From an uncultured virus (IMG/VR IMGVR_UViG_2061766007_000968) (lineage: Duplodnaviria; Heunggongvirae; Uroviricota; Caudoviricetes): 64,000 bases of DNA. The position numbers and the translations under genes were made by a program. Below, piece after piece: positions 28,381 through 37,433 of the stretch (position 1 is its first letter; each line of letters starts with the position of its first letter). The stretch spans positions 1 to 64,000 of IMG/VR virus record IMGVR_UViG_2061766007_000968. One strand, 5' to 3'. The notes under the pieces are model-generated. The model saw nothing but the letters and a program-made list of their open reading frames with translations. It was not told the origin of the DNA and did no database searches.

Positions 28381-28788
28381 TTATTCGCTTACTTCCACAA
28401 TAGTAACCAATTCAGAAACGCGGTTTGTTTTGTAGTCAATGAAATTTTTAACCGCATCTTTTACAACCTTATAAGCGCACGCCGTCCCTTTTAAGGTTTT
28501 AACTTTGTAGCCGTCTTTCGTTTTTACGCATAATTTGCCGTCGCTCGTTTGGTAGGGATAACAATTTATAACCACATTAAGCGCGGTTTTATAAGTCCCT
28601 TTGCAAGCGTTTGCGGTGTTTCTTGCAGTACTTCCAACCGCCGTCAATTGCTTGTAAGCACTTTCGAGAGAGAGCGCAAAATCGCTCAATGTGTTTTGCA
28701 CATTCTTTTTCTCGTTTGCGCGTGCAGATGCAATTTCCTTTTTGGTGTAATTCTCTACACCTTTGTAAATGTTAACTTTAGTAGCCAT
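28381..28788 (-). CDS. Basic hypothetical protein, first gene of the leftward arm
   Basis: 135 aa, K-rich, AT-rich, A-rich leader. Confidence 0.7.
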   Translation of the reverse strand: MATKVNIYKGVENYTKKEIASARANEKKNVQNTLSDFALSLESAYKQLTAVGSTARNTANACKGTYKTALNVVINCYPYQTSDGKLCVKTKDGYKVKTLKGTACAYKVVKDAVKNFIDYKTNRVSELVTIVEVSE

Positions 28789-28789
28789 A

Positions 28790-29860
28790 ACTTAAAAATT
28801 TTAAAATGTTAGTAAAATATTTTATTAATGTGTTTTGTCTTGCTTTGTTTGTGTTTCTGCTCTATACTATTTCTAAATTCGTACCAAATTGGTAACGCCC
28901 AGGGAAATTGCACCCCATTTTATCGCATTTTCATAGCATTTTTTTTAAAATGTGCCTCCCAGTGCTCTACAAGCCAAATTTTGGCATATATAAAAAATCG
29001 CATTTTCACCCCATTTTATCGCATTTAATTTTTAGACTTTGGCACACTGACAAAATGTCAAAAATACCACTGACAAAATGTCCTGACAAAATGTCACAAA
29101 GTTCCCACACACATATACATACGCGCGCGCGAGAGAAACCACGCCAAAAATGCCCGTAAACGCCATTTCTAGCCAGATCTGGGAACTTATGGCGCACTTT
29201 GGTATAATTATACCTAAAAAGGTTTATGCCCGTAGAATCGAGCGTAACACGGCAAAAACGCGGCGCGCGCTAAATTAGAATGCTTCTAAATGTAACTGCT
29301 TGAAAATCAATGAGTTACGATATTGATATATCATCTTTGTCCACCGTTATAGATATGCAAGTACTTGATTTTCAGTGTATTACGCTTGATTTTGGAAGGG
29401 TGGCGGGGTGTCACATAGCACCCCTCCCGGGACGCCTAGTGGGATCCTGAAATTTTTTTTATTTTTATTTTTCTGACGCGACCTATTCGCGGGATTGACA
29501 AAACCTGTCAAAAGCGTGGTAGATTTTCGAAAAAATGGCAAAATTGGAGTATTGATTATCAGCCAGTTAGCGAATTGTGGTTATCTTTTTGCCACTATTT
29601 TTACCAAAGATGCGTTTGTAAGTTATTGATTTTCAGCGTAGTGGTTAAGTGGTTATAAGTAACTTAATATATGAAACATTGTTATAAGGGGGGTATGTGT
29701 ATATAGGTCTATATATATAGAACATAGCCACACAATAAATCGCCATCCCACGGCACTCTGTTGAGGAAAATGTAGGTAGTTGCCGATTTTATCAAAAACG
29801 CAAAGAATCGCGACTCTACGCACATCTATGCAGAAAAGTGTAGGTAATTTGAAAATAATT
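28790..29860. other. AT-rich non-coding divergence region (candidate origin or packaging terminus)
   Basis: Strand switch point with several repeat sets and a lone GC hairpin followed by T-tracts. Confidence 0.55.
28911..29095. repeat. Direct repeats: caccccattttatcgcattt x2 and ctgacaaaatgtc x3
   Basis: 20-mer at 28911-28930 and 29007-29026; 13-mer at 29047, 29070 and 29083. Confidence 0.85.
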
Positions 29861-29876
29861 CCTATATTTGCCCCGT

Positions 29877-30224
29877 ATGACAAGAAAGAGCATCAAAGTG
29901 AAGGAGGTTCGCTCCGGTCTGACCAGAATTTTCCGCTCTCCGAGGGAGGCGGCGTATTTTATAGGGGTGACCGACGGGGCGATCCGGTACGCCGTGCAGA
30001 ACTCGAGCATCTGTCGCGGGTGGCTGGTCGAGGAAGTCCCGACCGTATATGTCGTGAGGATGAAGGATGATGGGAACTATTATGTGTGCGAGAAGACCGA
30101 GGGCGGCGGAGGGTTCGATATGCTCGGAGAGGACGGCGGGTACTTGCAGGAGAGCGATGTCGCCGAGGTATGGGATGTGACCGAGAATTTCAATAGAGTC
30201 AGAAATGGGAAGAATGAAAAATGA
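29877..30224 (+). CDS. Hypothetical protein with NUMOD1-like HTH
   Basis: FRSPREAAYFIGV...IRYA; TATATTTG at 29863-29870 just upstream. Confidence 0.65.
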   Translation: MTRKSIKVKEVRSGLTRIFRSPREAAYFIGVTDGAIRYAVQNSSICRGWLVEEVPTVYVVRMKDDGNYYVCEKTEGGGGFDMLGEDGGYLQESDVAEVWDVTENFNRVRNGKNEK

Positions 30225-30528
30225 CAGGCCAATCGAGTTCTTCGTCGTCGCGAAGGAAGCCGATAGCGGGAGAGAGGTCTGGTTTAGGACGGCCCACCTG
30301 CAAGGGTTCTCGAAGAAGACTCTTGCGGAGGCGTTTGCGACGGGGAAGGTTGTTTCTGGATATTGCTGGCGGAAGGTGCCGGTGCGCTATCGGCTCGTCA
30401 CGGAGTTCGGGCAGATGTTCGACGCGAGATGGGACGCCGGAAGAAAGGCGTTCGTGACGGAGGACGGGCTGCTGGTCGGTAGGAAATGGTGCAAGGAAAT
30501 AGAAGAATATGCCGATGTTCAGGGTTGA
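30205..30528 (+). CDS. Hypothetical protein
   Basis: About 107 aa, overlapping its neighbours. Confidence 0.55.
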   Translation: MGRMKNDRPIEFFVVAKEADSGREVWFRTAHLQGFSKKTLAEAFATGKVVSGYCWRKVPVRYRLVTEFGQMFDARWDAGRKAFVTEDGLLVGRKWCKEIEEYADVQG

Positions 30529-31000
30529 GCGCCCCGAGAGGCGCAAGCAGATACCGGGATATGGCGGTCGTTACGAGGTTAGCGACCTGGGGAGGGTGTA
30601 CTCGGGCGGGTTCGAGTTGAGCGTGGTTGGCGGAAGGTATGTGAACCTGAGCTGGAAGGGAGCGGTAGAGCGGGTTTCGGTGAGTTATTTGGTGGCGAGG
30701 GCGTTCCTGCCGAATCTGGAGATGCGGCCGTACGTGCGGCACAGGAACGGGGATGTCTCGGACAACCGGGTGGAGAACTTGGAGTGGTGCGAGGTGAAGG
30801 AGAGGTGCGGTGCGAAAGCCGGGAGGAAGGAGATCGGGAAGGCGGTGGTCGCGTATGATGTGGAGAGCGGGGAGTTCGTCGGAAGGTGGAGGAGCGTGAA
30901 AGAGGCGTCGGAAGCGCTCGGTGTGGCACGGTCTTTGATTAGGAACTGCGCCGAGGGGAGGGCGAAGCGGGCGAAGCAGTGGATATTCAGGTATGCTTAA
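30509..31000 (+). CDS. NUMOD4-HNH-NUMOD1 endonuclease-like protein
   Basis: IPGYGGRYEVSDLGRV, LVARAFLPN..VRHRNGD.SDNRVENLEW, SVKEASEALG. Confidence 0.8.
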   Translation: MPMFRVERPERRKQIPGYGGRYEVSDLGRVYSGGFELSVVGGRYVNLSWKGAVERVSVSYLVARAFLPNLEMRPYVRHRNGDVSDNRVENLEWCEVKERCGAKAGRKEIGKAVVAYDVESGEFVGRWRSVKEASEALGVARSLIRNCAEGRAKRAKQWIFRYA

Positions 31001-31184
31001 TTACAAGGTAAGGAGATATGCCGGCTCGGAAGTGAGCGTGGAGAGCGCGAAGGAGATGTGCGTCGATGCTCTGAAGGAGATGTTGTGGCGTGAGGTCTGG
31101 AGGGATGAAATCGACCTGGAGGGGGTTCGGTGGACTGTCAGGGAGTGTGAGGACGGTATTGTAGAGATAACTGCAGAGATATGA
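30993..31184 (+). CDS. Hypothetical protein
   Basis: 63 aa, coupled. Confidence 0.55.
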   Translation: MLNYKVRRYAGSEVSVESAKEMCVDALKEMLWREVWRDEIDLEGVRWTVRECEDGIVEITAEI

Positions 31185-31188
31185 AGAT

Positions 31189-31626
31189 ATGGTAGTAAAA
31201 GTGAAGAAACTGGTGCCGGGCGCGGCGTTGCCGAAGAAGGCGCATGCGACAGACGCAGGGTATGACCTGGTGGCGGTGAGTGGCGGATGGGTCGAGGAAG
31301 AAAGATTGTATGTGTACCACACCGGGCTGGCGTTTGAGATCCCGGAAGGGTATGTCGGGCTGGTGTTCCCGAGGAGCAGTGTGGCGAAGAAGGACTTGAT
31401 TCTGTCGAACTGCGTGGGTGTGATTGACGCGGGGTATCGCGGAGAGGTAACCGCGAAGTTCGGGCTTGCGCAAAGACCGTTGATGAGTGGAGATTTGATT
31501 TATCACGCTGGTGACCGGATTGCCCAGATCGTGTTCGTGAAGCTGCCGGATGTGCAGCTGGTGGAGAGCGAGGAGCTGGGAGAGAGCGAGAGGGGTACAG
31601 GGGGTTATGGAAGCAGCGGGAGGTAG
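31189..31626 (+). CDS. dut: Trimeric dUTPase
   Basis: DAGYDL, PRSS, GVIDAGYRGE, RIAQ, ERG.GGYGSSG motifs. Confidence 0.95.
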   Translation: MVVKVKKLVPGAALPKKAHATDAGYDLVAVSGGWVEEERLYVYHTGLAFEIPEGYVGLVFPRSSVAKKDLILSNCVGVIDAGYRGEVTAKFGLAQRPLMSGDLIYHAGDRIAQIVFVKLPDVQLVESEELGESERGTGGYGSSGR

Positions 31627-31630
31627 CGGT

Positions 31631-32170
31631 ATGGTGAAGATAGAAACTTTGGAGATCGCCGGGTTTGTAAGCGCGTTCAAGGCGCTTCGGCTGAGTTATG
31701 GGAAGGAGGAGCGGAGCAGGTCGCAGGTGGATTTCCGCGAGGTCGGTGACGGTGGCGCGGAGGAATATTGGGCTTTTGATGCGGACCCGCGGGATATGGA
31801 GTTGCTCCAGAAGCTGGTTCGCGCGGGCGATGAGCACGCGAAGGTGCTGAGAGGGGTGGTCGTGTGGGCGAAGGTGACTGCGCCGGTGTACTGGTGGTGC
31901 GAGCAGGAGACCTACCGGGCTGGTCATGAGCGGCTGATGAGCGAGTCGACGATGCACATCGACTGCAAGGGGCTGAGTGGCGAGGAACTGCAGAAGGCTA
32001 AGGCGGAGATTCCTATGGGGAAAGAGCTGACGAAAGTGGATTTCTTCTCGTATCAGTGTCTGAGGAGGATATGGCAGCAGCGGAAGAACCACAGGTTGCC
32101 GGAATGGAGGGAGTTCTGCGAGTGGATCGAGTCGCTGCCGATGGCTGGAGAGTTGATAACCTTAAAATAA
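31631..32170 (+). CDS. Conserved phage protein, possibly ThyX-like fold
   Basis: GDEHAKVLR, APVYWW.E.ETYR, SESTMH, QRKNHRLPEW..FC; adjacent to dut. Confidence 0.55.
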   Translation: MVKIETLEIAGFVSAFKALRLSYGKEERSRSQVDFREVGDGGAEEYWAFDADPRDMELLQKLVRAGDEHAKVLRGVVVWAKVTAPVYWWCEQETYRAGHERLMSESTMHIDCKGLSGEELQKAKAEIPMGKELTKVDFFSYQCLRRIWQQRKNHRLPEWREFCEWIESLPMAGELITLK

Positions 32171-32177
32171 TGTAGAA

Positions 32178-32432
32178 ATGGAGATTAAGTTTCAGATTTG
32201 TGACAAGGTGTTTTATTTCAACACCGCAGAGTGCAGGGTGATGAGCGCCGAGGTCAAGGGTATTCAGGTTGTTCCGACCGGAATCAGCAAGGATGAGAAC
32301 GGAGAGAATGTGCTGGACGGTGTCGTCGTGCTGTATCAGACTTTTGACGGCCCGGTTCTGTCGGAGGCTGAGTGCTTCCGGAGCGAGGCGGAGTGCCTGG
32401 CTTGGTATAAGGAGTATTTCGAGAAGAAATAG
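32178..32432 (+). CDS. Hypothetical SH3-like protein
   Basis: KFQICDKVFY start; 84 aa. Confidence 0.65.
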   Translation: MEIKFQICDKVFYFNTAECRVMSAEVKGIQVVPTGISKDENGENVLDGVVVLYQTFDGPVLSEAECFRSEAECLAWYKEYFEKK

Positions 32433-32611
32433 GGTCGCGGCGCGTGAAGGCGGCGGTCCCCGACCGTGGACGGCGTCTAGGGTAGGTTCGCAATATGGGG
32501 TCGTCGTATCCCGGACTTTTTGTTACGGCGTCTCCGGATGAAAGCGGGCGCAGCATAAAGACATATCCGCAATTGCGAGCAACGGTTGGCAGCCGGGAAA
32601 GACCGGCGAAT

Positions 32612-32694
32612 GGGGGAGACCGCGCGTACATGGAGGTCCGACGGGAACAGGCCAAAATATCGGACTACTGCGGGTTCGAGTCCCGCCTCCCCCG
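32612..32694 (+). ncRNA. tRNA-like element lacking a D-stem and a normal anticodon loop
   Basis: Acceptor GGGGGAG/CTCCCCC, T-arm GCGGG-TTCGAGT-CCCGC, 7-bp helix with an 18-nt loop. Confidence 0.6.
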
Positions 32695-32717
32695 CTTGGA
32701 AATTAGAAATGTTTTCG

Positions 32718-32828
32718 TAACTTTGTAGTCCGCGCTTTGGGTACGGCGCGAATAGAGAGATTTGGGCAGAGTGTTCGGGGATGTACCCTCCTTTCTTCGG
32801 AAAGGCCCCCGGACGCTCTGCCTTTTTG
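32718..32828 (+). promoter_or_regulatory. Promoter plus structured, attenuator-like leader of the helicase gene
   Basis: TAACTTTG; hairpin with GGGTAC loop; long stem gggcagagtgttc/ggacgctctgcct with a U-tract; internal C(TTCG)G hairpin. Confidence 0.55.
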
Positions 32829-32846
32829 ACTCAAAAACCGCAAGTT

Positions 32847-34307
32847 TTGTCAAAGAATAATGATGTCATAGACTACCTGGAGTCGGTTCTCGAGCCGGAA
32901 TTAAACGGCAAGGGCGCGACGGACAACAAGGTGGACAAACTGAAGGAGGCCGAGATCTGCGATGCGTTCGATTCGTACATCTGCGGGCGTCCGGATGATC
33001 AGGGATGCGACTTTTTCAAGGTCGCTGAGGGTGATGTCATGTATATGTTCAACGGCAAGTGGTACGAGAAGATAGACGATGTGCGGTTGAGGTATGTGGT
33101 GAAGGAGGTGATGCGGAGGGTGCATGTCGGGGTGGTCTACATACGGAATTCTGCGGAAAAGGTTGCCAAGGAGTGCAAGGAATCGCTACTTTCATGCGAA
33201 TGGTGCAAATTTGAGCCGGACAGACGGTATGTGGTGTTCAAAAACGGGGTGCTGGATGTCGAGCGGAAGGGTTTCTACGAGCATAATATCAAGTACAAGA
33301 CGGACATTGTCTTGAATTTCAACTATATGTCGAGCGAGCGGAGCGCGTTATGGGACAGGGTAATCCAGCAAACCGTTCCGGATGACGGTATGCGGAGCGC
33401 GATGCAGCAGTTCTGCGGTGCAATGTTGGCTGATAGGAAGAAGTTCAAGATCGAGTATATGCTCATGATGGTCGGATCTGGACGGAACGGAAAGTCAGTT
33501 GTGACAGATGCCATCGCGGGCGTGTTCGGGGACGATCTTGTGAGTTCGTACAGCCCCGAGCAGCTCTTCGGGAGCAGCAGTCACAGCCTTTATAACCTCG
33601 CGGACATCAACGGCAAACTCGCGAACATCTGCGATGATTTGAAGAACAAGGATTTCTCCGGCGGTGAGTTCAAGCAGTTCATCTCCGGCCATAAGTTCCA
33701 GGCCCGCCATATCTATGGCCGGCCTTTTGTTGTGTCCAAGATCCCTCTGATGGTCTGCTGTATGAACGAAATTCCGCCGACTACGGATGACACGATGGGT
33801 CATTATCGGCGGTTACTGCCGGTCTTGTGCCCGAACCAGGTTGCTGAAAAGGATGTGGATTACGAACTTCCTGTCAAATTGGCGACGGAGGAGAACAAGG
33901 CGGCCATCTTCAATTGGCTTCTTGAGGGTTATAAGGAATTCGTTGCGAACAAGGGAAGAATTGATGTCAGCGACAGCATTAAGAGCATTCGCGAGGAAAT
34001 CAAGGCGGACGCCAACTCGGCGCGTCGGTGGATTCGAGAGATGGGTTATAGGCCGATCAGCGCTCCGGACAAGACCGACCCGAGCTGGAAGCCCATCAAT
34101 GAGTGGATGAAGATTTACATCGAGTGGTGCAAGGAATGCTCCGAGAACCCGAAGACCGCGAAGGCTGTCGGGACGGTCTTGAGAGACCTCGGGTTCGCGA
34201 GCGAAAAGCGCCGCAGCACCACCTGGTACTGCATAGGCTCTCCAGAAGAGGAGAAGCCGGCGTATAGTTTCTTTGGGACTGACGATAATACGGACGCTCC
34301 GTTCTAG
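32847..34307 (+). CDS. P4/D5-family SF3 helicase (primase-associated)
   Basis: FKNGVLD, GSGRNGKS Walker A, FKQFISG, MNEIP..DDT.G.YRRL; probable TTG start at 32847 because the ATG at 32781 lies inside the leader structure. Confidence 0.9.
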   Translation: MSKNNDVIDYLESVLEPELNGKGATDNKVDKLKEAEICDAFDSYICGRPDDQGCDFFKVAEGDVMYMFNGKWYEKIDDVRLRYVVKEVMRRVHVGVVYIRNSAEKVAKECKESLLSCEWCKFEPDRRYVVFKNGVLDVERKGFYEHNIKYKTDIVLNFNYMSSERSALWDRVIQQTVPDDGMRSAMQQFCGAMLADRKKFKIEYMLMMVGSGRNGKSVVTDAIAGVFGDDLVSSYSPEQLFGSSSHSLYNLADINGKLANICDDLKNKDFSGGEFKQFISGHKFQARHIYGRPFVVSKIPLMVCCMNEIPPTTDDTMGHYRRLLPVLCPNQVAEKDVDYELPVKLATEENKAAIFNWLLEGYKEFVANKGRIDVSDSIKSIREEIKADANSARRWIREMGYRPISAPDKTDPSWKPINEWMKIYIEWCKECSENPKTAKAVGTVLRDLGFASEKRRSTTWYCIGSPEEEKPAYSFFGTDDNTDAPF

Positions 34308-34310
34308 GAT

Positions 34311-35231
34311 ATGGCTGATTACAGGATAGCAAGGGCATTCGAGCGGATCCCGGAGATAACTGGGCTGGAACTTACGCGGAACGGCGGCAAGTGGCAGGGG
34401 CCGTATTATATCGACGGCGCGAGGCATCCGATTCGGCGCGATAAATTGAAGATTTTTATCAGTCGCGGAACCATCTGGGTATACGAGGAGGGCGGCCACG
34501 GAATGAGTCTTCCGAACTGGCTTCAGCAATATGCCGGCGCGAGTGATTACTGGGACGCAATCAAGATAATCGAGGGAGAGTCAAGGGGGTTTGTATGGGA
34601 CAAGTCAGTCCGCCAGAAGCAGCTCAAGACAGAATATGTCGACCCGAATGTTGTTCTCGGGGCAAAGCAGTACCCGCTGGAGCGCTGCCCGCTGTTCCGG
34701 TGGATGTGCTCTATGTTCCCGGAAGATAAGGTTCGGGCGACCTGGGAGAAGTACGGGGTAACGACCGATTCGAACGGATTTTGCGTGTATTGGTATATCG
34801 ATCAGCAGGGAAGAGTTCTGTTCGACAAGCGCATAAAGTACGATGAGACGGGTCACAGAACGAAGGATTTCTTCCCTTCAAGGCAATATCGGGTCGCAGA
34901 TGGATACACGGGGCGGTGTATGTATGGCGCAAATGTTGCCGATATGGACAAGAAACTATATGTAGCGGAGAGCGAGAAGGCCGTGCTGCTAATAGACCTT
35001 ATGTATGGACGACAGGCGGTTGCTACTGGCGGAAAGTCGAATCTTCGCGACCTTGAAAAAAACATGGTATTATTGCCAGACTATGATGCTAGGGATGATT
35101 GGAGTATCAAGGCTCAAGAGGCCGGCATTGAAGTATGGCCATGGTGGGAGCGCTGGCCGGGCGGTAATGTGCCGGAGCACGCCGACATCGCCGATCTCAT
35201 AGAACTGAAAATGTTGCATAATAATAAATGA
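34311..35231 (+). CDS. Putative primase/Toprim-domain protein
   Basis: YWYID..G....K.IKY...GHR, VAESEKAV, ATGG, LLPDYD, DIAD. Confidence 0.7.
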   Translation: MADYRIARAFERIPEITGLELTRNGGKWQGPYYIDGARHPIRRDKLKIFISRGTIWVYEEGGHGMSLPNWLQQYAGASDYWDAIKIIEGESRGFVWDKSVRQKQLKTEYVDPNVVLGAKQYPLERCPLFRWMCSMFPEDKVRATWEKYGVTTDSNGFCVYWYIDQQGRVLFDKRIKYDETGHRTKDFFPSRQYRVADGYTGRCMYGANVADMDKKLYVAESEKAVLLIDLMYGRQAVATGGKSNLRDLEKNMVLLPDYDARDDWSIKAQEAGIEVWPWWERWPGGNVPEHADIADLIELKMLHNNK

Positions 35232-35236
35232 TTCCG

Positions 35237-35346
35237 TATATTTGCATAGTAAAGGTATGTGAGAGATACCGAGTAAGAACGATACGGCCCCTGCAAGTAG
35301 ACGGTTGCTCTCACCTTCCGTTGAACGCTGGGGCCTGATTTTTATT
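35237..35346 (+). promoter_or_regulatory. Promoter plus kissing-loop leader, copy A
   Basis: TATATTTG; loops GTGAGAG (35259-65) and CTCTCAC (35308-14); AGTAG/TGAA. Confidence 0.75.
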
Positions 35347-35973
35347 ATGGGGAAGTTTGTCGATCTTTCCGGGAAAAGATTCGGAAGACTTGTTGTTTTG
35401 GAATACCTCGGGTACTCGAAATGGAGGTGTGTTTGTGATTGTGGAAAAGAAAAGCATGTTAAAGGCGACGCCCTCAAATCGGGGCGAACGGTTTCGTGCG
35501 GTTGTTATCACATGGACATACTCTCTGGAAAACCGGCACACAACAGAACACATAACATGAAAGATACTCCGGAGTTTAATATTTGGTCAATGATGAAGAA
35601 TCGTTGTACAAACCCAAACTGTAATAGACACAAGTTCTATAAGGATAAGGGAATAAAAGTCTGTGATAGGTGGCTTGGTCCAAACGGTTTTCAGAATTTC
35701 ATAGCGGATATGGGAATGCGTCCCGGCCCATCATATTCTATAGACCGAATAGATAATGAAGGAGATTATACACCGGGGAATTGTAGATGGGCCACTAAAA
35801 AAGAGCAATCAAACAACCAGAGTCGGAATCTTATTATTTGCTATAACGGTAGGGAACAAACGCTCGCTTTATGGTGCGATGAACTTGGGCTCAACTATCA
35901 GAGAACATGGAAAAGGCTTAAAGACGGTTGGGACACAAAACGCGCATTCGAAGAGCCTTGTAGAGCGTGGTAA
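35347..35973 (+). CDS. HNH-type homing endonuclease (DLxGxRFGRL/CDCG family)
   Basis: DLSGKRFGRLVV, W.C.CDCG, SCGC, W..M..RC, SIDRIDNEGDY.P.NCRWAT..Q.NN. Confidence 0.85.
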   Translation: MGKFVDLSGKRFGRLVVLEYLGYSKWRCVCDCGKEKHVKGDALKSGRTVSCGCYHMDILSGKPAHNRTHNMKDTPEFNIWSMMKNRCTNPNCNRHKFYKDKGIKVCDRWLGPNGFQNFIADMGMRPGPSYSIDRIDNEGDYTPGNCRWATKKEQSNNQSRNLIICYNGREQTLALWCDELGLNYQRTWKRLKDGWDTKRAFEEPCRAW

Positions 35974-35996
35974 TTTAGAATAATTCCAAATTAGAT

Positions 35997-36383
35997 ATGT
36001 GTATTTGGCGTGTAAATAAGGAAGATAGGCTGTGCGGGTATTGCATTTATCGGCAGTGCGTTGACAGGCCGAGGCCAATCGACCAGGCTCAAGAGGCGTG
36101 CAATAGGTACGCGGTTATCTTGAATCGGCTGATGGGTGTGGATGTATTGGAGGACTCAAGGAAACAGGCGGTCGTATGGGGTCGGAATATGATTGCTTAC
36201 CAGATGTGTCTTGACGGTTTTACGCAGGAGCTGATAGCATCGTGCATTGGTCGCGATCGGTGTACTGTCGTGCATTGCGTCAAGAGCGTCGAGGCGATGA
36301 TGAACAACCCGCATCAGTATTGGCGTGAGAATGAAATTTGGAACAAATTCCGGGAAAAGCTATCTTTGGGAAAAAACACATAG
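35997..36383 (+). CDS. Protein with DnaA C-terminal-like HTH
   Basis: SRKQAVVWGRNMIAY...IASCIGRDRCTVVHCVKSV resembles DnaA domain IV (GGRDHTTVLHA). Confidence 0.65.
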   Translation: MCIWRVNKEDRLCGYCIYRQCVDRPRPIDQAQEACNRYAVILNRLMGVDVLEDSRKQAVVWGRNMIAYQMCLDGFTQELIASCIGRDRCTVVHCVKSVEAMMNNPHQYWRENEIWNKFREKLSLGKNT

Positions 36384-36387
36384 TATT

Positions 36388-36876
36388 ATGAGTAAATTTC
36401 AAACATGGTGGTGGTTCACATTTAGGAATCCGGTAATCCGCAAGGGGGAGTCCGGCGGATTCAAATGGTGCTTCAGGCGTCTGGATATGGAAATTCGGAC
36501 GGTAAGCGGGAATTTCAAGGCCAGATTCACGGCGGCAGAGAATCCTTATGCGTATTTGCTTGCGAGCGACGATGATTCGCAGGTGGAGGGATTCTGCCAG
36601 ATTCTTTATAGCGTAGGCATGCTACTGACGACCGACCAAGAATTTGTTGATTCCATCACGAAGGCTCTGCGAGACTATGACAAGCGCTTGAACAAGAAGG
36701 CTGCGTCCGAGGTCGCCGAAGACGAAACAGAAGAGAAGATTGCGCTCGAAGAGGTAAAGCAGGTGCAGGCGTATGTCGAGATGCCGGAGAAGGAACGGAA
36801 GAAGAGGGAGCGGGATGTCAATGGACGATTCAAGAAAGCGGTACGGAATTTGCAGGAAGAGTCCGAAAAAGAATAG
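36388..36876 (+). CDS. Hypothetical protein
   Basis: Likely start MSKFQTW at 36388. Confidence 0.7.
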   Translation: MSKFQTWWWFTFRNPVIRKGESGGFKWCFRRLDMEIRTVSGNFKARFTAAENPYAYLLASDDDSQVEGFCQILYSVGMLLTTDQEFVDSITKALRDYDKRLNKKAASEVAEDETEEKIALEEVKQVQAYVEMPEKERKKRERDVNGRFKKAVRNLQEESEKE

Positions 36877-36878
36877 TT

Positions 36879-37430
36879 ATGGAATCTCAAGAAAACGTTT
36901 ACTATCGGGTTGGCGGAAAGTTGACCCACTGCGGCGTTGAATGTCTGCCCCAGGGTCATGATATTCCGCGCATCGTCATCGAGCGGATTGAGTACAAGGA
37001 GAGCGAGATGATCAACGGGCGTTCTGAATTCGGCGTTTGGGTGGCGCATTTCGCACCGAACCCGTACACCAGCCTTCCGCTTATTTTGAACGCGACGAAC
37101 CGGAAACGGCTAATCAAGCAGTTCCCGGAATGCGACGGCTATCCTGCCCGTCTGAAGAATATCGCCGTTCGTCTCACGAAGGAGAAGTGCCGCGATATAC
37201 AGGACGGAGGCGAAACCTGGGGTCTGCGCATCAGCAAGATTCCGGCAGACCCGGAAAGCGCTCCGGCAAAAAAGAAGGTCATCACCCCAGATAAGGTAGA
37301 CATTGTCATAAATTGGGCGCGCGAGAACGGAAAAGGGATGTCGGATATTGCGTCAATGTATGACTTCGAGTCTGATACTGTGCGCGACGCGATTGCGGAT
37401 GCTCTGAATGTTAACGATTTACCGGAATAG
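36879..37430 (+). CDS. Putative ssDNA-annealing/recombination protein
   Basis: LILNATNRK motif, GLRI; lies upstream of the YqaJ-like exonuclease. Confidence 0.5.
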   Translation: MESQENVYYRVGGKLTHCGVECLPQGHDIPRIVIERIEYKESEMINGRSEFGVWVAHFAPNPYTSLPLILNATNRKRLIKQFPECDGYPARLKNIAVRLTKEKCRDIQDGGETWGLRISKIPADPESAPAKKKVITPDKVDIVINWARENGKGMSDIASMYDFESDTVRDAIADALNVNDLPE

Positions 37431-37433
37431 CAT

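Noticed and set aside
28911..29095. CRISPR array
   Set aside because: Repeats are 13-20 bp, 2-3 copies and irregularly spaced, with no cas genes.
31001..32092. 363-aa minus-strand ORF and similar antisense ORFs (4263-5228, 52047-52808, 54983-55780, 58382-59245)
   Set aside because: They are shadows of well-supported + strand genes with biased codon use.
32560..32620. HDV-like/theta ribozyme suggested by GGCGAATGGG
   Set aside because: I could not build the P1, P3 and L3 elements, and the GGG belongs to the tRNA-like acceptor stem.
35237..35973. IscB/TnpB-type RNA-guided nuclease with omega RNA
   Set aside because: The proteins are ordinary ~200-aa HNH types without split RuvC motifs, and no IS200/IS605 ends were seen.
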